Shown here: positions 18,701 through 26,897 of the stretch, one piece after another | How positions within the stretch are numbered: the first letter of the stretch is position 1 | Layout of the letters: the number at the start of each line of letters is the position of its first letter | Assembly: GCA_963751515.1 (NCBI GenBank) | Contig: CAVVUR010000002.1 | Location: 69,888 to 133,887 of the forward strand | Direction of reading: 5' to 3' | Length of the DNA stretch: 64,000 nt | Source of the DNA: an uncultured delta proteobacterium | Lineage (GTDB): Bacteria > Desulfobacterota > WTBG01 | Notes under the pieces: generated by a model | The model's input: only the letters and a program-made list of their open reading frames with translations | The model's database searches: none | Told to the model about the DNA's origin: nothing | Made by a program: the position numbers and the translations under genes

Positions 18701-19867
18701 GCCGGTATCACACCGCTCCACGCCGTTGCAGAAGAGTCCGTCACTGCAGTTTGCATCGGTTGTGCAGCTCACGAAGCAGAATAATCCCGAGCCGGTTACT
18801 ACCGGGAGCTCGATGGGATTTCCGCTCACGTCCTCGCCCAATACCGATACCTCTTCGGGGTTGAGGTCCCTGCACCCGGAGGAGGGGGCGCCCCGCGATA
18901 CCCGGTAGGCAAGCGCAAATACCGGGCCTTCGCCCGGCGGGATAGGATCGGCAGCGCCTGAATTTATGGCAATGACCCTGACGCAGCCGTTGGTCAGGTT
19001 TTCATAGAAGCAGGAAAAGCCGGCGGGGGTACGCCCGGCAGGCTGGCAGCCGGTGCAATCGAGATAGTTATCCACATCACAGACATCAACCGAGATGGCC
19101 CGTACCGGATTGCCGGGATTGGTGAGGCTTATCTCTACGGGATTGTTGGATGAACCCGGCAGACCCGATCCCTCTCCCAGGGTGAGGAAAAGAGGAGCTT
19201 CTCCCTCCAGGCAGAGATCCGTTTCCTCATCGCAGACGAACAGGGGCGGGGTCTGACAGGGGTAGGAGCCGGCACGGCAGTTGCCGCTGCCGGTATCACA
19301 CCGCTCCACGCCGTTGCAGAAGAGTCCGTCACTGCAGTTTGCATCGGTTGTGCAGCTCACGAAGCAGAATAATCCCGAGCCGGTTACTACCGGGAGCTCG
19401 ATGGGATTTCCGCTCACGTCCTCGCCCAATACCAGCGCTTCTTCCAGATCCAGATCCTTGCACCCTGAGGAAGGGGCCCTCCCGGACACCGTATATGTAA
19501 GCTTAAGCACCGGGCCTTCGCCCGGCGGGATAGGATCGGCAGCGCCTGAATTTATGGCAATGATCCTGACGCAACCGTTGGTCAGGTTTTCGTAGAAGCA
19601 GGAAAAGCCGGAAGGGGTGCGCCCGGCAGGCTGGCAGCCGGTGCAGTCGAGATAGTTATCCACATCACAGACATCAACCGAGATGGCCCGTACCGGATTG
19701 CCGGGATTGGCGAGGCTTATCTCTACGGGATTGTTGGATGAGCCGGGCAGGCCCGATCCCTCTCCCGCAGTGATGGTCACCTGAGCATAGAGCCGGCATG
19801 AACATCCCCAGGCCAGGATTAAAAACATGGCTCGAATAAGAAGGTTTATCCGGGGTCCTTTTATCAT
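15800..19867 (-). CDS. Giant secreted Cys-rich scaffoldin-like protein: 4 cohesin-like modules, DGxFCNG-type Cys-rich repeats, TSP3-like Ca-binding stretch, C-terminal dockerin-like module
   Basis: Start moved to ATG 19867 (AAGGAAG RBS; signal peptide MIKGPRINLLIRAMFLILAWG). Four modules of type GEGSGLPGSSNNPVEISL..VRAISVDVCD..; many C.DG.FCNG..C units; DDNCPDLPN; C-terminal duplicated DLSDLVIMKREFL / DGSVNLADLVIMKEQFL. Confidence 0.65.
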   Translation of the reverse strand: MIKGPRINLLIRAMFLILAWGCSCRLYAQVTITAGEGSGLPGSSNNPVEISLANPGNPVRAISVDVCDVDNYLDCTGCQPAGRTPSGFSCFYENLTNGCVRIIAINSGAADPIPPGEGPVLKLTYTVSGRAPSSGCKDLDLEEALVLGEDVSGNPIELPVVTGSGLFCFVSCTTDANCSDGLFCNGVERCDTGSGNCRAGSYPCQTPPLFVCDEETDLCLEGEAPLFLTLGEGSGLPGSSNNPVEISLTNPGNPVRAISVDVCDVDNYLDCTGCQPAGRTPAGFSCFYENLTNGCVRVIAINSGAADPIPPGEGPVFALAYRVSRGAPSSGCRDLNPEEVSVLGEDVSGNPIELPVVTGSGLFCFVSCTTDANCSDGLFCNGVERCDTGSGNCRAGSYPCQTPPLFVCDEETDLCLEGEAPLFLTLGEGSGLPGSSNNPVEISLTNPGNPVRAISVDVCDVDNYLDCTGCQPAGRTPAGFSCFYENLTNGCVRVIAINSGAADPIPPGEGPVFALAYRVSRGAPSSGCRDLNPEEVSVLGEDVNGNPVELPVITGKGSFCFYVCTSDADCDDGIFCNGEEQCEGICRAGTPPCGNDGFFCNGAEGCDEANNVCTHSGDPCAPASTCDEAQDICLIPCTDDEDCDDGLFCNGLETCGGGFCQPGTAPCPGTECNACQEASDSCFDPAGTRCGDDGNLCTDDVCDGSGGCVQLPNSASCNDGAFCNGKDTCSGGMCSLHAGDPCPSGSVCNESQDLCNCTQDEDCNDGLFCNGTETCDTGVCDLLFQFPNDYPCRGRDCNEATDQCQPITITVEDGTGPPGSAGGEAEVSLATSFSEVKGMQMEICDTDNYLTCSGCTTTERTAGFTCSSNEVNGCCRVSLVSFIGNLIEPGAGPIFTLAHRVSPSAPVGACRTLTPINVGVQDLIFQLAVTVQAGEFCFTACGDDGECDDGYFCSGVESCGTDGICHGGSPPDCSDGIDCTADSCLEGSRSCVHSPVNSLCDDGIGCTDNFCDPLTGCRFEPDDALCSDGLFCNGPEQCDPVGDCRPGVPPCPETECKQCQEGTDSCYNPAGTPCSNDGNSCTSDTCSGSGSCIHTVISNGSPCEDGLYCTVGDFCSDGTCGAGSARDCSFLDDQCTAGVCDDTLDQCISRPRADGTVCNDGTFCNGADTCSSGSCSQHSGNPCPPLVCSEPLDRCVNPGDEDGDGVLADGDSSGTAGDNFCSGGLTEGCDDNCPDLPNGPELGRCVKETSGVVIATGGDCTGDPACGDGHYCDRGQGDVSGNGIGDACECYADCNCDAKVDLSDLVIMKREFLSTGCGSNPCEADGNNDGSVNLADLVIMKEQFLRADCAGCSVP
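18190..19790. repeat. 588-bp tandem repeat (~2.7 copies), in frame within the scaffoldin-like gene
   Basis: 18241-18790 and 18829-19378 look identical base for base; a third, diverged unit follows. Each 196-aa unit is a cohesin-like module plus a Cys-rich linker. Confidence 0.9.
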
Positions 19868-19880
19868 TGCGGCTTCCTTA

Positions 19881-20702
19881 TCATCTGCAGGCCTCACAAC
19901 AATTGGTCTTGCCCAGTGCCCTGTCCACAATCACCAGGAGGTCAAAGGTATCGAACGTACCATCGGTTTGGCAATTTGAGGAGTCAGAGGGGCTGCCGCA
20001 GAAAGGGGGCATTCCATTGGGTACATCTCCATGGAGTTGCTGACAGGAGTTCGCCGTCCTCCGCCCCGAAACCAGGTCAGCACCCTCCATCACGTCCAGA
20101 AGGTTAACCGTCCCATCACCGCAGGCGGTGCCTGCCGGGGAAATCCCCTGGGGGTAAATATCACCATACGAAGAAAGGCAGAACTCACCATCGGCGGTGG
20201 TTACATCAAGCGAGGCACCCGACTGATCCGATACATTCTCATGGTTAATGCTAAGTGTGGTGCATGCATCGTTCCAATTCTCCTCACCCACGGTGTAGCT
20301 GAGGGTGCACACCGGGCCGGTTCCCTCCTGGATGAGAAAACCCTGGAAAGAAATGAGCACCACCCGGGCACATCCATTATCCAGTTCACTGGCAAAGCAG
20401 GAAAAATGGGAGGCGCGGCTGGTAGTCTTGCAGCCTCCTTTATCTGCTATGGTGAGATGGTCTTCGGGATCGCACACCTCCATCTGAACGGCCTTTATTT
20501 TATTTCCCGTATTTGAGAGGTTTATATCAACCTTATTGTCTGATGAACCGGGAAGGCCTGATCCCGTGCCCGGGGCAAGCGTTACCTGAGAACAGGTGAT
20601 GGAGGGCACGCCTGCCAGGCATAGCAAGACCGTGCTAACGAATAAAAAAAGGCATCCGAATTTAGCTTGTATTCGGAGCGGCATTTCCATGCATCTATAC
20701 AC
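19881..20702 (-). CDS. Secreted cohesin-like + atypical dockerin-like protein
   Basis: Signal peptide, then the module GTGSGLPGSSDNKVDINL..IKAVQMEVCD. C-terminus GDGTVNLLDVMEGADLV ... GDVPNGMPPFCG ... DGTFDTFDLLVIVDRAL. Stop lies 13 nt before the start of the downstream giant gene. Exact start (20702 or 20684) is uncertain. Confidence 0.6.
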   Translation of the reverse strand: MYRCMEMPLRIQAKFGCLFLFVSTVLLCLAGVPSITCSQVTLAPGTGSGLPGSSDNKVDINLSNTGNKIKAVQMEVCDPEDHLTIADKGGCKTTSRASHFSCFASELDNGCARVVLISFQGFLIQEGTGPVCTLSYTVGEENWNDACTTLSINHENVSDQSGASLDVTTADGEFCLSSYGDIYPQGISPAGTACGDGTVNLLDVMEGADLVSGRRTANSCQQLHGDVPNGMPPFCGSPSDSSNCQTDGTFDTFDLLVIVDRALGKTNCCEACR

Positions 20703-20976
20703 CGGACCAGATCTCCTTAAAATAATTTTACGGAACCATTTCAGTTTCTTAGAGAAATTACAATATCAGGGGCATGTCTTATATTAACGGCCCAAAAAAT
20801 ATTTTGTCATTTATTATTAATAATACTATATATAACATAATTTAAGAAAGCAATCAACATGCCTCCATTCTGGTATGTGTGGCCTGCTTAAAAGTTAGTA
20901 ACTAAATAATATAATTGATGAAATAAAGGAATTGTTTGATTTGAAGCATATCCTGTGTGAAGCTCCCCCCTTTTTG

Positions 20977-21005
20977 TTGACGTTTAGCAGCGATGATTAT
21001 ATAAA
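20977..21005 (+). promoter_or_regulatory. Candidate sigma70-type promoter of pyrE
   Basis: TTGACG (20977-20982), 17-nt spacer, TATAAA (21000-21005), in an AT-rich gap ~30 nt upstream of pyrE. Confidence 0.45.
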
Positions 21006-21037
21006 TACTTTGTTCCCACATGAGAAAAGGAGATTAT

Positions 21038-21595
21038 ATGCTGGAAAAACTGATTGAAATGATTGCAGAGCGGTCTTTCCAGATGAGCGACGCACCAAGC
21101 TTCAAGCTTGCGTCAGGAAAGCTCAGTAAATATTATGTCAACTGCCGGTTGGTCACTATCGACCCCGAGGGAATGCATCTCATCGGCAACCTCGTCTATG
21201 ACAGAATAAAAGACATGGGCATTGATCTCATAGGCGGCCCCTCTCTGGGAGCCGTCCCCATTGTGGATGCCGTTTCCATGACGGCCTATCAAAAGGGAAA
21301 ATATATAAAGCCGTTTTACGTGCGCGAGCAGGCAAAAGACCACGGGATCGGCAAAAAGATAGAGGGCAATATCAAAAAGGGTGAGCGGGCGGTGATTGTG
21401 GATGATGTTATCACCACGGGTGCATCAACCATTCGCGCCATCGAGAGCGCGCGCAACGAAGGCCTCCTGGTAGTAAAGGTGATTACCCTGGTGGACCGGG
21501 AGGAAGGCGGAAGGGAAGAAATCAGGCGGCAGGTGGAAGATGTCGAAAGCCTGGTGAGCTTGAGCACGCTCATACAACTCGCCGGCAAGCGCTAG
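21038..21595 (+). CDS. pyrE: Orotate phosphoribosyltransferase
   Basis: PRPP-binding motif VIVDDVITTGAS with OPRTase-like N-terminal region. Start set at ATG 21038, preceded by AAAGGAGA. Confidence 0.85.
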   Translation: MLEKLIEMIAERSFQMSDAPSFKLASGKLSKYYVNCRLVTIDPEGMHLIGNLVYDRIKDMGIDLIGGPSLGAVPIVDAVSMTAYQKGKYIKPFYVREQAKDHGIGKKIEGNIKKGERAVIVDDVITTGASTIRAIESARNEGLLVVKVITLVDREEGGREEIRRQVEDVESLVSLSTLIQLAGKR

Positions 21596-21724
21596 CAGGC
21601 TGGTGAAAAACACCCATCTGCTGTGTTACGCTCATCCTTCGTCATTGCAGCGTACTCGCATGTACGCCTCATTCCTCAGGATTTCGCGTGCCTTGCATCT
21701 GGATGTTTTTGACCAGCCTGCTGG
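21592..21724. repeat. Stand-alone 133-bp variant-A-type shell element (no core)
   Basis: CTAGCAGGCTGGTGAAAAACACCCATCTG ... ATCTGGATGTTTTTGACCAGCCTGCTGG. The left TAG (21593-21595) is the pyrE stop codon. Confidence 0.75.
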
Positions 21725-21821
21725 AACCGTAGTAGGAACCAAAAAATCTTTTAGAAAAAAACCTACCAAGAGAAAAGAATATCCTGTAGAGCACTTCTGT
21801 ACCTGCTGAGAGTTCATCCCC

Positions 21822-22586
21822 ATGAGATACACGCTGGGCACCGATCGAACAGCCGCATTGCGGCTGGAACAATTGGCTTCCTTTTTCAATCCCTTTTCGC
21901 GTCAATTTATTCAGAAATATACATCAGCGTCGTTCCGATCGGCTGTAGACCTGGGCTGCGGTCCCGGTTTTACCACAGACATGCTTGCTGAAGCAACCGG
22001 CTGTCCCGCTGTCTATGGTATCGACAGCTCTGCCCGGTTTCTCAAAGCGGCAGCGGCCCGGTTTAAACAATACCGATTTTTCAAGCATGACGTTTCCCGG
22101 ACACCGTTTCCTGTGCGGGGAGATCTTATTTACACCCGGTTCCTGCTTACCCACCTGAAAAACCAGGCGGAACTGGTAAACCAGTGGGTGCAGCAGCTCA
22201 ATGTCAATGGCGTGCTGCTCATTGAAGAGACGGATGCTATTGATACCGAAATCGGGGTTTTCAAAAAATATGTGCAGGTAACCGAGGGATTGATTGCCTC
22301 GCAGGGGGGATTTTTGTATGCCGGCAGGCTGCTGGCTGATGCCCGCTATGATGCGGAGGTTGTTTGTAACCGGCCCGTGTCCATTCCTGTTCCCAATAGC
22401 ATATGCGCCTCATGGTATTACCCCAACACGGTCAGTGTCTGGGAACGGGAAGGATACATAAAGGAGCGGGTGTCGGAGAAGGAGCGCGGGAAGATAGCAG
22501 ACGAGATTCTGGAAATACAGGATTCAGGCGATATGACCCAGGGGATTACTTGGACGTTGCGAAGGCTGGTGTTGAGGAGAATATGA
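21822..22586 (+). CDS. Class I SAM-dependent methyltransferase
   Basis: 254 aa with motif I VDLGCGPGFTT; substrate not inferable. Confidence 0.6.
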   Translation: MRYTLGTDRTAALRLEQLASFFNPFSRQFIQKYTSASFRSAVDLGCGPGFTTDMLAEATGCPAVYGIDSSARFLKAAAARFKQYRFFKHDVSRTPFPVRGDLIYTRFLLTHLKNQAELVNQWVQQLNVNGVLLIEETDAIDTEIGVFKKYVQVTEGLIASQGGFLYAGRLLADARYDAEVVCNRPVSIPVPNSICASWYYPNTVSVWEREGYIKERVSEKERGKIADEILEIQDSGDMTQGITWTLRRLVLRRI

Positions 22587-22616
22587 TGGTGTGCTTAATA
22601 AACATTTGCTCTGGTT

Positions 22617-23055
22617 GTCATTCTGAGCGCAGCGAAGAATCTCATCACTCATTAAGATCTGGTACCGCAATAACCCTCAATTTTTACACCAGTGAAAAAC
22701 CAGATCATTTGTTTCACCAGGGATGACAAGCTCTACCAGCCATCACTCATATCTTTCCAATCAGGGTTATGTAACTCGATAAGTTCAATCTTCTTTTTTC
22801 TCAACCATCCTTTGATTTGTTTCTCACGTGCAATTGCAGCATGCACGTCAAATGTTTCCTCAAAGAACACTAACTTTTTCAAATTGTATTTACGTGTAAA
22901 ACCCGGCAGAATGTTCTCTTTATGTTCATAAACACGCCTAGTTAAATTATTCGTTATTCCAGTATAGAGCACGCCCCCTTTCCTGTTTGTCATTATATAA
23001 ACGAAATAATTTTTTTCCATAATAATATGAGATCCTTCGTTTCACTCAGGATGAC
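22617..23055. mobile_element. GIY-YIG gene enclosed by 29-bp imperfect inverted repeats of the GTCATTCTGAGCG motif
   Basis: Left arm GTCATTCTGAGCGCAGCGAAGAATCTCAT (22617-22645) and right arm ATGAGATCCTTCGTTTCACTCAGGATGAC (23027-23055) flank ORF 22733-23020. Confidence 0.5.
22733..23020 (-). CDS. Small GIY-YIG nuclease-family protein
   Basis: 95 aa: YFVYIMTN..GVLYTGITNNL..R..EHK. Confidence 0.8.
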   Translation of the reverse strand: MEKNYFVYIMTNRKGGVLYTGITNNLTRRVYEHKENILPGFTRKYNLKKLVFFEETFDVHAAIAREKQIKGWLRKKKIELIELHNPDWKDMSDGW

Positions 23056-23090
23056 AAACCCTCCATTCCACTGCGTTGAGCACTGAGGGT

Positions 23091-23159
23091 GTCATTCTAA
23101 GCCAGCGAAGAATCCCTTCTTTTAAAATAAACGAGACCCTTCACTCCATTCAGGGTGAC
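23091..23159. repeat. Third copy of the GTCATTCT..GAAGAATC palindromic element
   Basis: GTCATTCTAAGCCAGCGAAGAATCCCTTC ... GAGACCCTTCACTCCATTCAGGGTGAC. Confidence 0.7.
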
Positions 23160-23214
23160 AAGAACATGTAAAGAGCTGTCAGACACACCGCGCTAACCAA
23201 ATCTATTTGAACCT

Positions 23215-25398
23215 TCAGTGTCTGCGGTCGCGCCTCCGGTAGGACCGGCTTCGGCGCCGGGATTTTTCCTCTTCCAAGCCTTTCTTTTCCCTGCCCATCT
23301 CAGCCAGGGTAAGGTTGATTTCATTCAGTTCCGTGTTTACGCTGGCCACGGCCACTTTGACCGGGTCGCCCATCCTGAATATGCGGCCGGTGTGACGCCC
23401 GATGATCCGGTACTGCTTTTCATCGTAGTGATAGTAATCATCATCCACGGATGACAAGCGGACCATTCCCTCGGCGCCCAGGCTGGTGAGCCTCACAAAA
23501 AAGCCGGATGCCACTGTGCCGGATATAACTCCCTCGAACTCGTCTCCCACGTGCCTGGCCATGAAGGAGACCTGCTTGGTGCGCACCCCTTCCCGCTCGG
23601 CAGCCTCGGCCACCCGCTCCGTCTCAGAGCAGTGCCCGCTCACGCGGTCGATCAGCCCGGTTACGCGGCGCGCGAAAGGGGCCGGGTACTTACCCTGCCG
23701 CAGCTTGCGTATCAGCCGGTGTACCAGAAGATCGGGGTATCTTCTGATGGGCGACGTGAAGTGGGTGTAGTGGGTAAAGGCGAGGCCGAAGTGCCCTATG
23801 TTTTGCCCCTGGTAGAGCGCCTTTTGCATGGAGCGCAGCATGAGCTCGTTGATGAAATCCTCCTCGGGCCGGCCCTTGACCTGCTGAAGAAAGCGGGCAA
23901 ACTGAATCGGCTTGATGTGTTCAGATGCGTGGAAGGTGTGGCCGAGCCGCCCCATCATCTCCGAGAAAGCGGTCAGTTTCACCATGGCAGGCTTCCCATG
24001 AACCCGGTAGAGAAACGGCTGGTCCTTGCTGAAGGCCTCGAAAGCAACTGCCCGGTTGGCAGCCAGCATGAATTCCTCGATCAGCCGGTGTGATTCAAGC
24101 CGCACCCTGTCGCCCAGCTCGAGCACCTCTCCCTGCTTGTTCAAGATAATCTTTGCCTCGGGCAGGTCAAAATCAAGCGAGCCTTCAGCGGCACGCTGCC
24201 TGGTTAAAAGCGTTGCCAGTTCACGGGCCAGAAGGAGGCTGTCGGCAACCCGCTTTACCGCGGGCGCAGCAGGCTGGCCATTGTAAAAATCCTGGACCTC
24301 TTCGTAGGAGAGCTTTGCCTGCGAGCGTATGACCGTGTCCATGATCCGCCAGCCGAGCACTTTCCCATGCCGGTCAAAATCCATAATAATAGAGTGCGCA
24401 AGCCGCCGCCGGTTGGGACGCAATGAACAAACATCGTTTGACAACACCTCGGGAAGCATGGGTATGACCATGCCGGGAAGATAGACCGAATTGCCCCGCT
24501 CGAATGCCGCTGTGTCAAGGGCCGTCCCCTCATTGACATAAAACGAAACATCCGCAATATGCACCCCCAGGCGATAGCCCTGGGGAGTTCTTGCAATGGA
24601 AATGGCATCATCATGATCCTTGGCGTCAAAGGGATCTATGGTGTAAATGCATTCGTGGGTGAGGTCGGTACGGCGCGCCATTTCCCCGCCCGTGTCCATG
24701 GCGGCCGCCTTTTCCGCCTGGTTCATCACCTCATCCGAAAACCCTTCCGGAAGGTTATGGCTCTTGACGATGGCGAGCATGTCCACCCCCGGCGCCGTGG
24801 GAAGGCCGATACGTTCAGTCACCCTGCCGTAGGGGTTGGTATGCGGGTCATCCCAGGCGGTCAGATTTACCACCACCTTTTCCCCTTCCTGCGCGTGGAG
24901 AGAGTCCTGGCGGGAAATAGAGATATCGCGGTGAATGCGCGGATTATCGGGATGGACAAACAATAATTCGTTCTTTTTGCGGAGCACTCCGACAATGTTC
25001 CTGCTTGACCGCTCAAGAACTCTGATTACGGCGCCGGAAGGGCGCCCGGACCGCTCCCCCAGCAGCTTTACCATCACCCGGTCGCCGTCCAGGGCAGTAT
25101 GGAGCCCTGCGTCAACTATCATGATATCCTGCTCAACACCTTCAATCTCGAGAAATCCCCGGCCGGAGCGATTAATGGAAATCGTCCCCACGGCCATGTC
25201 CAGCTGGTCGGGCTGCCCGATCCTGCCCCGCTTGAGCATGATCAGTGAGCCGTCAGTGATGAGCTTTTTCACCAGCCGCCGGAATGTGGGATATTCCTCC
25301 TGGCTGATGTTCATCGCCCGGGCCAGTTCCTTGAGGCTCATGGGCCGGGCAGTTTCTGATTGAATAAATTGTAATATGGTATCCGATGTCAGTGGCAT
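23215..25398 (-). CDS. rnr: Ribonuclease R
   Basis: 727 aa with cold-shock-like N-terminal region, an RNB catalytic domain (DPFDAKDHDDAISI), an S1 domain and a basic C-terminal tail. Confidence 0.85.
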   Translation of the reverse strand: MPLTSDTILQFIQSETARPMSLKELARAMNISQEEYPTFRRLVKKLITDGSLIMLKRGRIGQPDQLDMAVGTISINRSGRGFLEIEGVEQDIMIVDAGLHTALDGDRVMVKLLGERSGRPSGAVIRVLERSSRNIVGVLRKKNELLFVHPDNPRIHRDISISRQDSLHAQEGEKVVVNLTAWDDPHTNPYGRVTERIGLPTAPGVDMLAIVKSHNLPEGFSDEVMNQAEKAAAMDTGGEMARRTDLTHECIYTIDPFDAKDHDDAISIARTPQGYRLGVHIADVSFYVNEGTALDTAAFERGNSVYLPGMVIPMLPEVLSNDVCSLRPNRRRLAHSIIMDFDRHGKVLGWRIMDTVIRSQAKLSYEEVQDFYNGQPAAPAVKRVADSLLLARELATLLTRQRAAEGSLDFDLPEAKIILNKQGEVLELGDRVRLESHRLIEEFMLAANRAVAFEAFSKDQPFLYRVHGKPAMVKLTAFSEMMGRLGHTFHASEHIKPIQFARFLQQVKGRPEEDFINELMLRSMQKALYQGQNIGHFGLAFTHYTHFTSPIRRYPDLLVHRLIRKLRQGKYPAPFARRVTGLIDRVSGHCSETERVAEAAEREGVRTKQVSFMARHVGDEFEGVISGTVASGFFVRLTSLGAEGMVRLSSVDDDYYHYDEKQYRIIGRHTGRIFRMGDPVKVAVASVNTELNEINLTLAEMGREKKGLEEEKSRRRSRSYRRRDRRH

Positions 25399-25407
25399 GA
25401 CTGCACT

Positions 25408-26756
25408 TTAACAGTTGGGAAAGCCTGTCCGTATAAACGGCTTCATCTGCGCTTCGACCGGCACGGTGGCCATCTTCTGCATCATGGCGATAATATCCGG
25501 GCGCTCTTTCTGGATGACATCCATTTTTCTCATAATGGATCCGTTGATGTTGTTCACCAGGTTGTAGGGATTGAGCGAGCAGGGAAGTATTTCGGTGACC
25601 AGCTTGTAGAGATAATTGGCCACATCCTCTCCCACCAGCCCCGCGCTCAGCAGGGTCAGGAATTCCCGGTAGTCCATAAATCCGGGTAAATTCTTCAACC
25701 ACCAGTCAATGTAGTGCTGCACTCCCTCCCGGTTGGGCTTGTTGTTGCGCAGCGCTTCGGTAATCGCGTTTGCGGCCCTGGAGCCGGTCATCATGGAGCC
25801 GGTGCATTCCGCCTCCACCGTCCAGCCGGCGTCCCCGGTGATGAGCACGTTGTCTTTAAACGGGATTGGCGCCGGCGACCAGATGTTGGCCACGTGCCCG
25901 TGCCGCCTGAGGATGGTGGCACCCTTGAACCAGCCTGAAAAAGGGCTGTCCTTGATGGTCCGGTCAATCACCTCCTGATAGTTGATCTCCGGGTGCGAAC
26001 ATCCCCCCGCGTATACCCAGGATTCGTCTTCCCCATAAGGGCTGAGGCCGACCCAGAGCATGATGGGCAGCCTGCCATTATGAAACACGATGGGATAATT
26101 TACCGCTTCTGGATAGGGCGGCCGTACCCCCTGCATGTAATAGCCGGCGCCGACGATGGTGCCGAAGAAGGAGCGCTGCTGGTTCAGGCCCAGAATTTTC
26201 ATCAGCCGCGAGTTGACGCCGTCAGCGGCTATGGTGAATGTCCCCTTGAAAATTTTCCCCTCGGCGGTGCTGATCTCATTGACCCCGTCGGCACGCCGGT
26301 GCCCGATGACATTCATGCCCGGGAACACCTTGACGCCGCTTTCCAGCGCTTCGCTCATCAGTCCATTGAGCAGCTCATGCTTGTTATAAAAGGCGGAAAG
26401 GCGGGTTTTGCTTCCACCCCGCTTGTTTTTTTCATAATCACCCAGCCGCACACAGTGCTTCCCGTCAGGGGTATAGACGTTCCAGGCATAGAAGTTCTTG
26501 AAAGGGCCGTCATAGCGCACCGAGAAGTTGTTGACCGGGAACACGATGCGGCGCTGCTTTTCATCGAAATACATCCGCTCCCCGAAGTAGTATTCGTCTT
26601 CAATTGCAACCATGGTCTGGCAGCTGCGCTGAATGGCGGTTACATTTTTCTTGCGTTCAATCAGGGCGACATCCAGGCCGTTCTGTCCCGCCACCTTTGC
26701 CGCCATCAGCCCCGCGGGGCCTCCCCGACAATTACCACATCAAACACTTTTGCCAT
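25408..26756 (-). pseudogene. FAD-dependent oxidoreductase (geranylgeranyl-reductase-like), one N-terminal frameshift
   Basis: The ORF lacks its dinucleotide-binding start. Upstream, MAKVFDVVIVG is in another frame, and adding one G to a G-run (~26715) restores VVIVGGGPAGLMAA. Confidence 0.65.
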
Positions 26757-26897
26757 ATGCCGCCCTTTCAGCTACAGGTTAGATAGTTTCATTATCAAAC
26801 CATTTTACATCGCCTGCAGTATAAAAATGTGCCCTTCGACTGTCAATAAAAAAATGGATTGCGGTACATCTCCGGCAGTGGTTGAGAAAGAGCGGAT

